From Gemmatimonadales bacterium (lineage in GTDB: Bacteria; Gemmatimonadota; Gemmatimonadetes; Gemmatimonadales; GWC2-71-9), in assembly GCA_041615815.1 (NCBI GenBank), contig JBFJCP010000009.1, positions 32,001 through 96,000 of the forward strand: 64,000 nucleotides of DNA. The letters are read 5' to 3'. Below the pieces are notes generated by a model. It was given only the letters and a program-made list of their open reading frames with translations, searched no databases and was not told where the DNA came from. Positions 29,392-40,600 of this stretch are shown piece by piece. The position numbers were made by a program, and so were the translations under genes. Every line of letters starts with the position of its first letter. The first letter of the stretch is position 1.

Positions 29392-31746
29392 TCAGCTCCC
29401 TGTACCGGCAAGGGTGCGGACGCGGTCGCTCACGTCCCCGAAATTGATGTCGATGGCGAATACACGCTGGTAGTGTTGGAGGGCATCCGACGGTCGGTTC
29501 TGATGCTCTTCGCATCGGCCCAACCAGTACAACAGACCGATCTTCTGCTCATCGCCCCCAGTCTCCGAGTCGATGGCCCGGCGCAGCACGGTGGCGGCTA
29601 CGGAAAACTGTCCTTTCTCGAAAAAACACAGCCCGAGCGCTTCGGAGGTGCGGAGCCGGCTGTCCGCCGCCCGGAGGGCTTTTTGGAACTCGGAGATGGC
29701 TTCGTCGAGAAGCCCCATTTCCTTGAAGGCGATCCCCAAGTCATAATGCGCCTGGGCATCCTCCTCTTCGATGTTGACCTCGATCCCCCGTTTGAATCTG
29801 CTGAGCATGCGCTCGAAGTCCTTCTCCTCATCCCCCGTGGGCTCTTCTTCTTCGATGCGCATGCGCGTATCGCGTTCCAACTTCGTATCGTCGAGCACCA
29901 GCTCGCCGAGATCCACGAAGCCGCTACCGCGCCCGGGTTGGGGCGTCGCTGCGACCACCTCAGCTTCTTCCGCGGCTCCCTCGACGGGCTCGAGCGTTTC
30001 GAGAGCCGCTCTGGCCGATTCATTGTCTGTGTCGTGCTCCAACACGCGTTGGTACACGAGCCGAGCGCGTTCCACGTCGTCGGTGCGCACGAGCGCGTCC
30101 GCGAGCCCCAAGTACGCCTCGACCAGTCGTGCCTTTTCGCCGGACCGAAAAGCCAGTTCGACTCGCTTCTGGTGGTGTTGCGCGCTGTTGGGCTCCAGCC
30201 GCAGCATCTCGTCCACCAAGGCCTTGGCCTGCGACCACTCCTCCCGGCCCTCGTGCATTTGCAGCGCAAGATCCAGCTCCTCGAGGCCACGTTCCCGCTC
30301 GCCGGCCTCGATGAGCGCCTCGGCCAGGGCCCGGTGCGTCACGGGATCGTCGGGGTCGTCGGCGACCCGCGCTTCCAACGTCGCGATGTCAGGCGGCCCC
30401 GGTGGCGGCGCTGGCTCCGCCCCCACCGTGATGGGCTCACCGGTCGGTGCCGGCGACTCGATGTCCAGCGCGGGCACGTCGACCTCCGGCCCTTCGTCAT
30501 CGATGTCCACCACCGCCGGCATTTCCGAGGTCGTGAGGCCGGTGAGATCCAAGTCCGGCGCTTCGATCGCGCCGCCGTCATCCAGCGCCAGTCCGTCGTC
30601 CCGTCCGGTGATGGTCAGGGCCTCCTCTTCCGCCCCGATCTCGGTCCCGGCGATGATCGGCAGGTCATCGTCCACGTCTTCGTCATCCTCGGGAACGGCG
30701 ATCAGCGGCAGCTCCACGTCCTCGTCCTCCTCCTCGTCCAGCTCGAGCACGCCGGCCGCGTCGCTCTCTTCCTCCAGCGAGTCATCCAGCAGCGTAGGCT
30801 CGATATCCAGCGCGGGAACCTCTCCCGTGTCCTCCTCGGCCCATGATGGGGTCTCGAGTCCTTCGAGTTGGTCCACCGCCGGCGGTTCGGCTGGCGTCTC
30901 CACCACCCCCAGATCGAACTCCGATGTCCGCTCGATCTCCATCAGCTCGACGTCGCCCTCCTCCATCTCCGAGAATGGGGCGCGCTGGATCTGGATGGTC
31001 TCATCGGCGTCCACCGGCGCGGTGGGCATCGCCACGTCGCTCGACGGCTCAGGTCCGAGATCGAGAAAGACCAAGTCGCCCGTCTTCGCCCCTCGGGGGA
31101 CCGCGGGCGCCGCAGGCGCGGTGTCGTCGACGTCGTATTCCGGGTCGATCGCGCGGATCTTCTCGAGCGTCACGCGCGAGCGCCGCGTGTCTCCCGTCGC
31201 CTGGAGCTCAGCGTACAGCTTGTCCAGCTGCTCGCGAGCCTCATCCGTGCGAGCCGCCGTCTTGAGCTGCTCGGCCAGGAGCAGCCGAATCTCCTCGTTC
31301 GCGGGCGAAAGATCGGCAAACTCCTTCAACGCCTCGAACGCCTCTTCCAGGCGACCGGCGCGCTGCATCCGCTCGGCGTATTCCAGCAGGTTCTGCTTGG
31401 CCTCGGCCACGAACCCGCGGAGCACCATCAGCTGCGCCAGCTTCAGGTAGACCTGCGTCCGACCAGGCGCATTCCGCAGGATCTTGTTGCAGAGGGCGAT
31501 CGCGTTATTGGGAAGTCCTGACTCGGCGTACAAATTGGCTGCGCGCTCGTACATCTCCACCGCCGGCTGGGGAGAGCCGGTCTTGAGGTACAGGTCGCCG
31601 ACCTTGTTGAAGAGGGACAGCTCGTGATAGAGCTCCGGTGTGTTCTCGAGCTCACGGATGATCTTGGTGTAGAGATCGATGGCCTTGTCGAACTGGCCTT
31701 TGAGCTCGAGTTTCCGGGCTTTGTCTTTTGCTTTCTCGACGTTCAG
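29392..31746 (-). CDS. Large TPR protein with central acidic disordered region, probable CTG start
   Basis: N-terminal TPR block (NVEKAKDKARKLE...), ~240 aa Asp/Glu-rich linker, two further TPR blocks (AHYDLGIAFKEMGLLDEAISEFQKA). SD GAGGT lies 5 nt before CTG 31746. Confidence 0.8.
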   Translation of the reverse strand: MNVEKAKDKARKLELKGQFDKAIDLYTKIIRELENTPELYHELSLFNKVGDLYLKTGSPQPAVEMYERAANLYAESGLPNNAIALCNKILRNAPGRTQVYLKLAQLMVLRGFVAEAKQNLLEYAERMQRAGRLEEAFEALKEFADLSPANEEIRLLLAEQLKTAARTDEAREQLDKLYAELQATGDTRRSRVTLEKIRAIDPEYDVDDTAPAAPAVPRGAKTGDLVFLDLGPEPSSDVAMPTAPVDADETIQIQRAPFSEMEEGDVELMEIERTSEFDLGVVETPAEPPAVDQLEGLETPSWAEEDTGEVPALDIEPTLLDDSLEEESDAAGVLELDEEEDEDVELPLIAVPEDDEDVDDDLPIIAGTEIGAEEEALTITGRDDGLALDDGGAIEAPDLDLTGLTTSEMPAVVDIDDEGPEVDVPALDIESPAPTGEPITVGAEPAPPPGPPDIATLEARVADDPDDPVTHRALAEALIEAGERERGLEELDLALQMHEGREEWSQAKALVDEMLRLEPNSAQHHQKRVELAFRSGEKARLVEAYLGLADALVRTDDVERARLVYQRVLEHDTDNESARAALETLEPVEGAAEEAEVVAATPQPGRGSGFVDLGELVLDDTKLERDTRMRIEEEEPTGDEEKDFERMLSRFKRGIEVNIEEEDAQAHYDLGIAFKEMGLLDEAISEFQKALRAADSRLRTSEALGLCFFEKGQFSVAATVLRRAIDSETGGDEQKIGLLYWLGRCEEHQNRPSDALQHYQRVFAIDINFGDVSDRVRTLAGTGS

Positions 31747-31786
31747 AGCGGACCTCGGCGCGTTGGGGGCGGGCGCGTAAACCCTT

Positions 31787-33046
31787 TCAAACAACGTAAG
31801 GTAGAGAGGCCGTTCCGGGGTGACAACCCACACCACCCACCCATACCTGCTGGACCAAATTCGTTCCGTACCAATACGGTAGCTCCCGCCAATCCCGCGC
31901 CGCCACCTGGACAAGATCAGCCCGGAATCCTGGTGCCACCTGACCCCGGTTCAGGGCCAGCCCCAGCGCCGCCGCACCATTGACGGTGATCGCCACCACG
32001 GCTTCGGCGGACAGCATCCCCAGCTGCGACACACCCAGCATCGCCATGAGGGGCAAGCTCATGCCCGGCGAGCTGCCGGGATTGAAGTCCGTGGCAAGCG
32101 CCACCGCGGCACCCGCGTCGATCAGCCGTCGCGCCGGCGCCTGCTGGTTCCGCCCCAGAAACAACATCGTCCCCGGCAGCAAGACCGCCACCGTGGGGGC
32201 GCCCCCAAGTGCCCGGATCCCCTCCTCGGACACTGCCGCCAGATGATCCGCGCTGACCGCCCCGAGACTCACCGCGAGCTCTGCCCCACCCGATCCATCC
32301 AATTCGTCCGCGTGGATCTTGAGCCCCAAGCCGTGCTGCCCAGCCGCATCGAGCACCCGCCGCGACTGCCCAGTGGTAAACACCCCCGGCTCGCAGAACA
32401 CGTCGCAGAACCGGGCCACGCCGTGCCGCACGACGGCCGGCAGCATCTCGTTGATCACGAGATCGACGTAGGCGTCCCGACGGTCACGGAACTCCATTGG
32501 GAACTCGTGCGCGCCCAAGAAGGTCGCGACGACCTGCGGGCCGCCGTCGGCCAGCGAGGCAATGACATCCAGCTGTTTCAGCTCTTCCGCCGTGGTAAGC
32601 CCGTAGCCCGACTTGACTTCCACGGTGGTGGTACCGTGAGCCAAGAGGTGGGTGAGTCGGCGACGCGTGAGGTCGCCCAGCTCGTCGCGCGACCGGGTAT
32701 GCACGTCCCGCACCGTCGAGAGAATCCCACCACCCGCCGCCGCGATCGCCTTGTACGATTCGCCGCGCGCCCGTCGCTCATGGTCCGCCGTCCGGGCCAT
32801 GCCGAACACACCGTGGGTGTGCGCGTCCACGAACCCCGGGAACAGTACCCCTTCGATCTCTTGCACGGACGTCGCGCGGTCCTGCAATGCCTGCGGGGCT
32901 CCGACCGCCGCGATCCGCCCGTCCGTCCCCACCAACACGGCCGCCCCCTCCAAGACCTCGAGCTCACGCATCTCGCGTCCACGGCGGGCCCTGGCCGGTC
33001 CCCGGCACGTCACGACTTGCGTCGCGCCGACGAGCAGGGTGCTCAG
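31787..33046 (-). CDS. hutI: Imidazolonepropionase
   Basis: [36 protein letters not shown]. The frame extends to CTG 33046 giving (M)[12 protein letters not shown]. Confidence 0.96.
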   Translation of the reverse strand: MSTLLVGATQVVTCRGPARARRGREMRELEVLEGAAVLVGTDGRIAAVGAPQALQDRATSVQEIEGVLFPGFVDAHTHGVFGMARTADHERRARGESYKAIAAAGGGILSTVRDVHTRSRDELGDLTRRRLTHLLAHGTTTVEVKSGYGLTTAEELKQLDVIASLADGGPQVVATFLGAHEFPMEFRDRRDAYVDLVINEMLPAVVRHGVARFCDVFCEPGVFTTGQSRRVLDAAGQHGLGLKIHADELDGSGGAELAVSLGAVSADHLAAVSEEGIRALGGAPTVAVLLPGTMLFLGRNQQAPARRLIDAGAAVALATDFNPGSSPGMSLPLMAMLGVSQLGMLSAEAVVAITVNGAAALGLALNRGQVAPGFRADLVQVAARDWRELPYWYGTNLVQQVWVGGVGCHPGTASLPYVV

Positions 33047-34713
33047 TCTTTCACCTCGACCATCGGGAGCGTCAGCCCCTGCGCCTTGGCGGTGGCGAGC
33101 GCTTCGGGATATCCCGCATCGGCGTGTCGCGCAACGCCGATGCCGGGATCGTTGGTGAGCACCCGCTCCAGTCGACGGGCAGCCGCGTCCGTGCCATCCG
33201 CCACGATCACCTGCCCGGCGTGCAGGCTATTCCCGATGCCCACCCCACCGCCGTGGTGAAAGCTCACCCACGAGGCGCCTGACGCGGTGTTGAGGAGCGC
33301 GTTCAAGATAGGCCAGTCCGCAATGGCATCGGAGCCATCGCGCATCGCTTCGGTTTCCCGAAACGGCGATGCGACGGAGCCGGTATCCAAATGGTCCCGC
33401 CCAATCACGATGGGTGCCGAGAGCTGGCCGCGCTTCACCAGCGCGTTCAGCGCCGCACCGAACTTCGCGCGCTCACCCAGTCCCAACCAACAGATGCGCG
33501 CCGGCAGTCCCTGAAACGCCACCCGTTCCCGGGCAAGACGAATCCACCGCGTGAGGTGTTCGTTCTCTGGAAAGAGCTCGAGCACGAGATCATCCGTGCG
33601 ATATAAGTCCTCGGGATCACCCGACAGCGCGACCCAACGAAACGGTCCCCGGCCTTCGCAGAAAAGCGGACGCACGTACTCGGGCACAAACCCCGGGATA
33701 TCGAATGCGTTCTCCACACCAGCGTCGTGCGCTTCGGTCCGAATGTTGTTGCCGTAATCGAACGTGATCGCACCGCGCGATTGAAGCTCGAGCATGGCGC
33801 GCACGTGATCGGCAATCGACGCGCGGGCTCGGCGGACGTACTCTCGAGGCTGGGTTTCCCGGAGGCGCAACGCCTCCTCGAGCGGAAATCCCGCCGGCAC
33901 GTACCCCCCCAAGGGATCGTGGGCCGACGTTTGGTCCGTCAACACGTCGGGGATCAAGCCACGGCGCACCATCTCGGGCAGGACGTCCGCGCAATTCCCT
34001 ACCAACCCGACCGACAGGGCGACCCGCCGTTCCTTCGCGCCCGAGACTTGACGCCACGCATCGTCCAACGACGCCGTCATCACGTCGAGATAGCGGGTCT
34101 CCAACCGCCGCCGAATGCGTGCCGGATCCACCTCCACCGCGAGGATGGCGGCACCGTTCATGGTGGCAGCGAGTGGTTGCGCCCCCCCCATGCCGCCCAG
34201 TCCCCCGGTCACGACGATCGTGCCTGCCAGGGAACCGTCGAAATGGCGCGCACCGACGGCCCCGAACGTCTCGTAGGTGCCCTGCAGGATTCCCTGCGTT
34301 CCGATGTAGATCCAGCTCCCCGCCGTCATCTGGCCATACATGGTCAAACCGGCACGCTCCAGCTCACGAAACTGGTCCCACGTCGCCCAACGACCTACCA
34401 GATTGGCGTTGGCGATCAGCACGCGGGGCGCATCGGGATGCGTGCGAAACACCCCCACGGGTTTTCCGGACTGGACGAGCAAGGTCTCGTCGTTCGCGAG
34501 ACGTCTCAGTGTGGCACAGATGGCGTCGTACGCTTCCCAGCTCCGCGCGGCCCGACCCGTGCCCCCGTACACCACCAGGTCCTCGGGCCGCTCCGCCACC
34601 TCGGGATCCAGATTGTTCATCAACATCCTGAGCGCGGCTTCTTGCACCCAGCCACGACAGGAGCGGGTAGAGCCCCGAGGAGCACGAATGACACGGCCGG
34701 CGGCGGTGGTCAT
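33043..34713 (-). CDS. hutU: Urocanate hydratase
   Basis: [51 protein letters not shown] 34713 overlaps the hutH stop. Confidence 0.99.
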   Translation of the reverse strand: MTTAAGRVIRAPRGSTRSCRGWVQEAALRMLMNNLDPEVAERPEDLVVYGGTGRAARSWEAYDAICATLRRLANDETLLVQSGKPVGVFRTHPDAPRVLIANANLVGRWATWDQFRELERAGLTMYGQMTAGSWIYIGTQGILQGTYETFGAVGARHFDGSLAGTIVVTGGLGGMGGAQPLAATMNGAAILAVEVDPARIRRRLETRYLDVMTASLDDAWRQVSGAKERRVALSVGLVGNCADVLPEMVRRGLIPDVLTDQTSAHDPLGGYVPAGFPLEEALRLRETQPREYVRRARASIADHVRAMLELQSRGAITFDYGNNIRTEAHDAGVENAFDIPGFVPEYVRPLFCEGRGPFRWVALSGDPEDLYRTDDLVLELFPENEHLTRWIRLARERVAFQGLPARICWLGLGERAKFGAALNALVKRGQLSAPIVIGRDHLDTGSVASPFRETEAMRDGSDAIADWPILNALLNTASGASWVSFHHGGGVGIGNSLHAGQVIVADGTDAAARRLERVLTNDPGIGVARHADAGYPEALATAKAQGLTLPMVEVKD

Positions 34714-36224
34714 ACCAGGGCCCCGCGAGCCAGGAGAGCGGTGATACGCTCGAGATCGGGCGTGAGCGGTCGATCGTCCGTCAGCGGCGATACGTGCTCG
34801 CGAACGATCTGAACGACCGCGCGGAGCGCCGGGCCGACCTCCAGCGGCTTGCGGAATTCGAGCCCCTGCGCCCCGGCAATCAACTCGGCCGCCACGACTC
34901 GCTGGGCATTGGCCAGGATGCGCCGCGTCTTGTACGCCGCCGCCATGCTCATTGGAACGACATCCTCTTGATTGGCATCGGTCGGGATCGACTGCACGCT
35001 TGCTGGCGTGCACAAGGCCCGGCATTCGGCCACGAGCGAGGCCGCTCCGATCTGAATCATCATGAGACCGGATTGCAGACCGGCATGCGGCGTGAGGAAC
35101 GCCGGGAGCCCCTGCGAATAGTCGGGGTTCACGAGTCGTTCGATCCGCCGCTCCGCCACGCCCGCTAACGTCGTCAAACCGATCCCGAGGATGTCGAGCG
35201 CCAACGCCACCGGCTGGCCATGGAAGTTGCCGCCCGAGATGACTTCTTCCCCGAAAACGAGTGGGTTGTCCGTGACGGCGTTCAGCTCCACGTCCACGAT
35301 GCGACGCGCGAACTCCAGGGCGTCACCCGCCGCGCCCAAGATCTGCGGCGCGCATCGCAAGCTGTACGCATCCTGGACGCGTGGATCGTTGTCGCGGTGA
35401 GACTCCCGAATCTCGCTACCCTCGAAGAGGGCTCGGAGCAAGGCGGCCGATCGCCGCTGGCCGTCGTGCGGTCGGAGATCGTGCAAGCGCTGCTCGAACG
35501 GCGCGGGCGTCCCCAACAACGCCTCGATGCTCATGGCGGCCGCACCATGCGCCGTGCGCCACAGATTCCCCGCGTCGTGCACGAGCAGGGCCAGCACTGA
35601 CGTCTGGGCCTGCGTCCCGTTGATGAAGGCGAGCCCCTCCTTGGCCTCGAGCGCGATCGGTTCGATCCCCGCCTCGGCCAATGCCTTCGCCGCGCCGGTG
35701 CGTCTCGGCGGTCGGCCCGGCATGCCCACATCGACTTCCCCCTCGCCGATGAGGGAGAGCGCCATATGCGCCAGTGGCGCCAAGTCACCGCTCGCGCCCA
35801 CGCTCCCCTGCTCCGGGACCACCGGATGCACACCTGCGTTGAGCATCGCCACGAGCTGACCCGCCAGAGCCGCACGCACGCCCGCCGTGGGTCGCAGCAA
35901 CACATTGGCGCGGAGCAACATCATGCCCCGCACCACGTCGAGTGGCAGGGGGTCCCCCACACCCGCGGCGTGGCTGAGGATGAGGTTGCGCTGAAGCTCG
36001 CAAATCTTCGCGGGTGCAATCCGTTCGCTGGCCAGACGGCCGAATCCGGTATTCACCCCGTAGACCACTGCGCCACCCTCCAAGAGACGCAGGATCGTGG
36101 CTCGTGACGCATCGGCCCGAGCGGCAGCATCGGGAGATACTTGAACCCGCGCGCCGTTGCGCGCCACCATCACGAGGTCATCCAGCGTGAGGGATTCGCC
36201 GGTCAGCGCAATCGTGAAAGGCAT
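34710..36224 (-). CDS. hutH: Histidine ammonia-lyase
   Basis: [12 protein letters not shown]-forming [28 protein letters not shown]. Start at ATG 36224. Confidence 0.98.
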   Translation of the reverse strand: MPFTIALTGESLTLDDLVMVARNGARVQVSPDAAARADASRATILRLLEGGAVVYGVNTGFGRLASERIAPAKICELQRNLILSHAAGVGDPLPLDVVRGMMLLRANVLLRPTAGVRAALAGQLVAMLNAGVHPVVPEQGSVGASGDLAPLAHMALSLIGEGEVDVGMPGRPPRRTGAAKALAEAGIEPIALEAKEGLAFINGTQAQTSVLALLVHDAGNLWRTAHGAAAMSIEALLGTPAPFEQRLHDLRPHDGQRRSAALLRALFEGSEIRESHRDNDPRVQDAYSLRCAPQILGAAGDALEFARRIVDVELNAVTDNPLVFGEEVISGGNFHGQPVALALDILGIGLTTLAGVAERRIERLVNPDYSQGLPAFLTPHAGLQSGLMMIQIGAASLVAECRALCTPASVQSIPTDANQEDVVPMSMAAAYKTRRILANAQRVVAAELIAGAQGLEFRKPLEVGPALRAVVQIVREHVSPLTDDRPLTPDLERITALLARGALV

Positions 36225-36263
36225 GGTGGGGAGAATATAGACACAGGATTGGGAGGAAGTGAG

Positions 36264-36293
36264 GAGGGCGAGGATCCACCGATCCCCGCCCTC
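36264..36293 (-). terminator. GC-rich hairpin after the lipoprotein gene, possible terminator
   Basis: Minus strand GAGGGCGGGGATC-GGTG-GATCCTCGCCCTC, a 13-bp stem with one G-U pair. It has no strong U tract. Confidence 0.45.
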
Positions 36294-36365
36294 GCGAATG
36301 CGACTTTGCCCGTTATTCCGGCTCGTCGAACGACGTCGCCTCGGCCCACGCTGCCACCGCGTCAC

Positions 36366-37529
36366 CTACCGCGGAACTACGGTCACTCCACCGTCATATT
36401 GCTTGACGCCGGCTCCCACCGACAATTCGGGGTTACCCGGATCCGTCTGGTAGCTCCAATCGAAGATCACGAAATCCGCCCCCACGTGCGTGACTCGAAC
36501 GGCACCGAATCTCGCGAATCCATCGCCCCCGTCCATCTCGAAGACATAGCCAAACCCGGGGACGGCCTGTAACGGGTCGCGACTGTACCCCGTTTCCGGC
36601 GCGATGTCGATGGACGTGAGATCCTCGATGGGTGCTGCACTGGCCAAGGCCACCGACGTCCCGGCTCGTTCGGGCACGAAGAAGAAGTCCCCGGCAGCAT
36701 CGCGATCGATCCAGAAATCGATATCGGTGCGACCACCATCGGTCACGATACCGAGCTCGAGCGCCCCGACCTGCCCATCCCCATTCGCGTCCTGGAAGAA
36801 GCGGAAACCGCTCAGCGTCTGATCCGCCTGGAAGGCGTACACCAGCACGTTGCGGGCATCCGGCCGTGGCGTGTCCGCGAGAATGGGCGACCACAGACTC
36901 TCCCACCCTTCGATGCTCTCGGCCGAGATCCCGTAACAGCGGGACACGCCATTGGTGAGAGCCCCAACCAGAAACGCCGGCGCCACCGTCGTCCCTTCGA
37001 GAACCCAGGTGGCCCCGCACAGTCCGTCGTCCAGCGAGAACGAGGCACTGTACACGCGATATTGCCGGAATCCGTCTGGTGCGCTCAGGAAGGCATTGTC
37101 CGACCACGTCAAGTGCACGGCGCCATCGAGGGTAGTGCTGCTCGCGGTGGACGGCGCCTCGAGGCGTAAGCGCTCATCGACTTGTATGACGTTGCTGGGC
37201 ACGCTTTCGAACCCATCGAGGTCGACCGACACGACATAGTACTCGAGGTCGGGAATGCCCACGTCGTGGAAGGTCGTGGACGTCGTTGCACCCCGAAGAT
37301 CGAAATCGTCTCCGCTGTCCAGTCGCGAGTAGATGCGGTAGACCTGCAGAAACTCGCTGATCACTGGCTCCCACGAGAGCAGGATGCCGGCCGGTGCGGC
37401 CGGATCGCCGCTGGGATCCAGCTGGTATGCCAAGCCGAGCGGCGGATCGAGTTGCCCGGGCCCAACCACGGTCTGGGTGCACCCGACGGCGCTCAGGGCA
37501 CACATCGTCATCACCATGGCTCGTCGCAT
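36366..37529 (-). CDS. Lipoprotein with two fibronectin type III-like repeats
   Basis: Signal peptide with lipobox SAVG-C17. Two repeats of P...L[ST]W...YR[IV]YS...Y...G.ES..S. DANGDG acidic loop. SD AAGGAGG. Confidence 0.75.
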   Translation of the reverse strand: MRRAMVMTMCALSAVGCTQTVVGPGQLDPPLGLAYQLDPSGDPAAPAGILLSWEPVISEFLQVYRIYSRLDSGDDFDLRGATTSTTFHDVGIPDLEYYVVSVDLDGFESVPSNVIQVDERLRLEAPSTASSTTLDGAVHLTWSDNAFLSAPDGFRQYRVYSASFSLDDGLCGATWVLEGTTVAPAFLVGALTNGVSRCYGISAESIEGWESLWSPILADTPRPDARNVLVYAFQADQTLSGFRFFQDANGDGQVGALELGIVTDGGRTDIDFWIDRDAAGDFFFVPERAGTSVALASAAPIEDLTSIDIAPETGYSRDPLQAVPGFGYVFEMDGGDGFARFGAVRVTHVGADFVIFDWSYQTDPGNPELSVGAGVKQYDGGVTVVPR

Positions 37530-37565
37530 TCGTGTCCTCCTTGAAGTCCCACGCCCTCACAAGAG

Positions 37566-37580
37566 GCAGGCCTTGTGCCA
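37566..37580 (-). promoter_or_regulatory. Sigma54 (-24/-12) promoter for the lipoprotein gene
   Basis: TGGCACAAGGCCTGC matches TGGCAC-N5-TTGC with the correct GG/GC spacing. An AT-rich tract lies upstream at 37597-37621. Confidence 0.6.
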
Positions 37581-37677
37581 CACCTTTGAATGCGTATAAG
37601 CCATTTATCTACATAAAGTTACCACATTGAGCATTCGGAGAAAGCTGTCCTCTGTCGAGGACACAACAGCGGAACTG

Positions 37678-40600
37678 TCAGCGCGTCACCGATCGCTGAT
37701 CGTACTGGAACTTCACTTCCGGCTGATCGAGCAGCGTGATGAAGAAGTTGAACGCCACATTCCCGTTGGGCGCTTTGACGAATGAAAAGGTCGCGCGCCA
37801 CCGATGAAGGTCGCGGTCCAAGCGGAGCACGTGCTGTCCGAACTCTTTCGTGGTCAGATTGTACTGGGTGTTCCACGACACGGACCAATTGTGTGTAGGC
37901 GCGAAGCTCACGTTGAATCCGAGCGTGCGGGAGTCTTGGCTCGTCCCTACGATCGCACCGTCCGCCGGCGGGCGCGAGCGTCGCTCGTCGTACGAGACGG
38001 CCGTGCGAAACCCCTGTCGAGCCGGCGGGCCGCCACCCAACCCATCCAGCGTGGGGTCGAGCGAGGGACGCGGGCCGAGCGTGCTGCCCACCGGTTGCAC
38101 GAAGTCTTCGGGGCTCGGGATCCCACCCTGCCGGGGCCCGTCGTCCGGGGGCGCGTCCTTTCCCGTGATCAGCGATAGGAGTCCGGCGACCGTGCGGCCG
38201 GAGAGGCTGAACCGGGCGGAGACCGAGGTGAGAAAGGGATCGAAGCCCGTGGTATCGAACCCCACCGGTCCATCCCACAGGTCGTGGACCGTAGAGATGG
38301 TGAACCCCGGGAGGAGATCGCTGGTGAAGCGATTTGTGAGTGTCTGGGTCGTCCACCCGGTCCGGCCCTCCTGCTTCGCCTGCACGAAATCGAAGGCGAT
38401 GGCCGAGGTCTGGATCGTGAGCAGCTTGATCTTGCGCACTTGTTGCGTGCCGGTGGTGTCACCGGCCCTCGGCTTGAGCTTCGCCTCGAATGTCTGGAAC
38501 AACGAAGCACTCACCGTGTGGACGGCCGGACTCTCCCGGGTCGTCGCGCGCCCGGTGGGGTCGTTGGCGTTGGCGTAGGCTTCGGGGACGGTGGCGGACG
38601 GAGCCCACTGCCACGAGATCACGGGCGAGAATGCATGACGGATCCGATCGATCGGGCCGAAGCCGGGGAAGAACCCGAACACCGTTGGCGTGACACCGGC
38701 GCCGAACGACAGCCGCTTGCCTTGGCTGACGAACGCCCCGCTGCTGAATCGGTTGCGCAACAGAAACGGCCCCCCGGTGGTGTTTCGGATCCCCACCGAC
38801 GGCTGGATCTTCCAGGTCGACGAGAACAGGGTGGGCAGGTTGATTCCGGTATTCCAATCGATCTCGGTCCGAAAGTCCTCGGAAAAGAAGAACGTGGTGC
38901 TGTCGCCTGGACTGTCGGGATCGGGCAACGTCAGCTGTGAGGGCCGGGTCGTCTTGAAATCGCGGAGCGACAGGTCATTCTGCCAATTCCACCGGCCCAC
39001 CCGAATCGGCGTGCGAAAGCTGATAGCCGTGTTGCGGGTATCGGGAAAGAGGGTATCAGCCTGCTCGATCCCGCCGATGGGCGGGCGCAGAATCGGCACG
39101 CCGGGTGTCTGATCGAGCGTCTGCGAATTCGTCAACGAGAGCGAAGGTGACCACGTCACGGCCCGACTAATGGCGATGGGTCGTGGGGTGAGCGAGAGAC
39201 TTGGAAGGGTCTGACTCACGCCCCCGTTACTCAAGTCTTGGGATCGGCTTCCGCCGAGCGCGAGCGTGCCCCATGCAAACTGTTTGTTGAAGTTCAGCCG
39301 GCTGTCCAAGTTGGCCGTCTGCACCAGTGGATCCACCGTATTGCGTTGGACCACCCGCGCGCTCGTGGCAAAATCGACGTTGGCCGTGAAGCGCGTTCGC
39401 GCATCGAAGCTCTGCTGGTGGCTCCATTGGAGACGCATCGAGTTGGAGGCTGGCGCTCCGTCCACACTGCTCTCGAAGATCCGCGAAACGGAAACGCCTC
39501 CTGTCATGAACCGGTCGAGCCAGCGATACCGGAATTGGCCGTTGACCGCCTTGTAGTTCCCCGAGAACCAGTCGAAGGAGGCCTGCACATCGAAGTAGTC
39601 GCTGATGGCGAAGTAATACCCGATGTTGCTGATGGCCCGCTGGTAGCCTCGATTGGGGCGAATGAGATCGCTGATCCCGAAGCGCGGGACCAGGAACCCG
39701 CTGCGCCGTCCCTGCCGCATGTCTTGAAAGATGAATGGCAGCCACATCACTGGTACGTCCTGCACGTACAGCACGGCGGGACGCGCCACCATGATGGTAT
39801 TCGATACCCATTTCACGCGGCCTGCGGCAAAGTGGTAATGCGGCGTGGGAAGGTCACAGCTCGTGACCGAGCTGCCGCCCGCATAGATCCGCGTGGACGC
39901 GGAGTCGACACCGATCCCCCCGCGAAGAAACCACGTCACGCCCGATTGCACGAAACTCGTGAGCGCGGAGGCCACGATGCCGCGGTATTCGCAGGTGTTG
40001 TACTGCATCCCGGCGCCGACCAGCACCGTTCCCTCGTCGAAGAGGGCCGGCTCCCCACGTGCCAGCAGCCGACACTCGGCCTGGAGAAAGCTGACCGAAT
40101 CCGCCTCGAGGATACTCTGCTCGCGTTCCACCAAGGCGGAGCCACTCAGGACCACTTCCCGCGAGAGGCCGAAGAGCGTGATGCTGTCCGCCGCATAGCG
40201 GATCCCACTGTAGCCCGCGAGCTGCAAGAGCGCCTGGAGCACGGAGTCTGACGCCGGAAAGGTTCGCGAGGGCTCGGAAGGCAACCCCAGGCGTCGTGCC
40301 GCCGCGGTGTCGAGCGGTCGCGGCACGCTGTCGCCGGGCAGCTGGCCGCGAGTCACACTGTCTGGTGGCGGTGGCTGTGCCGGGTCTTGACCGAGCACGG
40401 TGCTGGGCCAAAGACCGGTGAGGGCGAGCACGACGATCGCCGCGCCGATCTTCGGTTCCTTGCGCCGTCGCCGGACGATGCGGGCGATCAGGATGCCGAC
40501 CTCGTACAGCACCACCAAGGGCAGCATCATCATGATCATCGAAATAACGTCCGGCGGGGTGATCAGTGCCGCCAACACGGACCCGATGACGAGCGCAATG

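Noticed and set aside
36236..36243. TATAGACA upstream of hutH resembling the core of a HutC operator
   Set aside because: Only a partial match, with no flanking TTG/CAA palindrome and no hutC in the window. It is adequately explained as the -10 region.
40460..40475. RRRR at the TatC-LptD junction as a twin-arginine (Tat) signal
   Set aside because: It lacks the S/T-R-R-x-F-L consensus. Basic residues after the last TatC helix follow the positive-inside rule, and beta-barrels normally use Sec.
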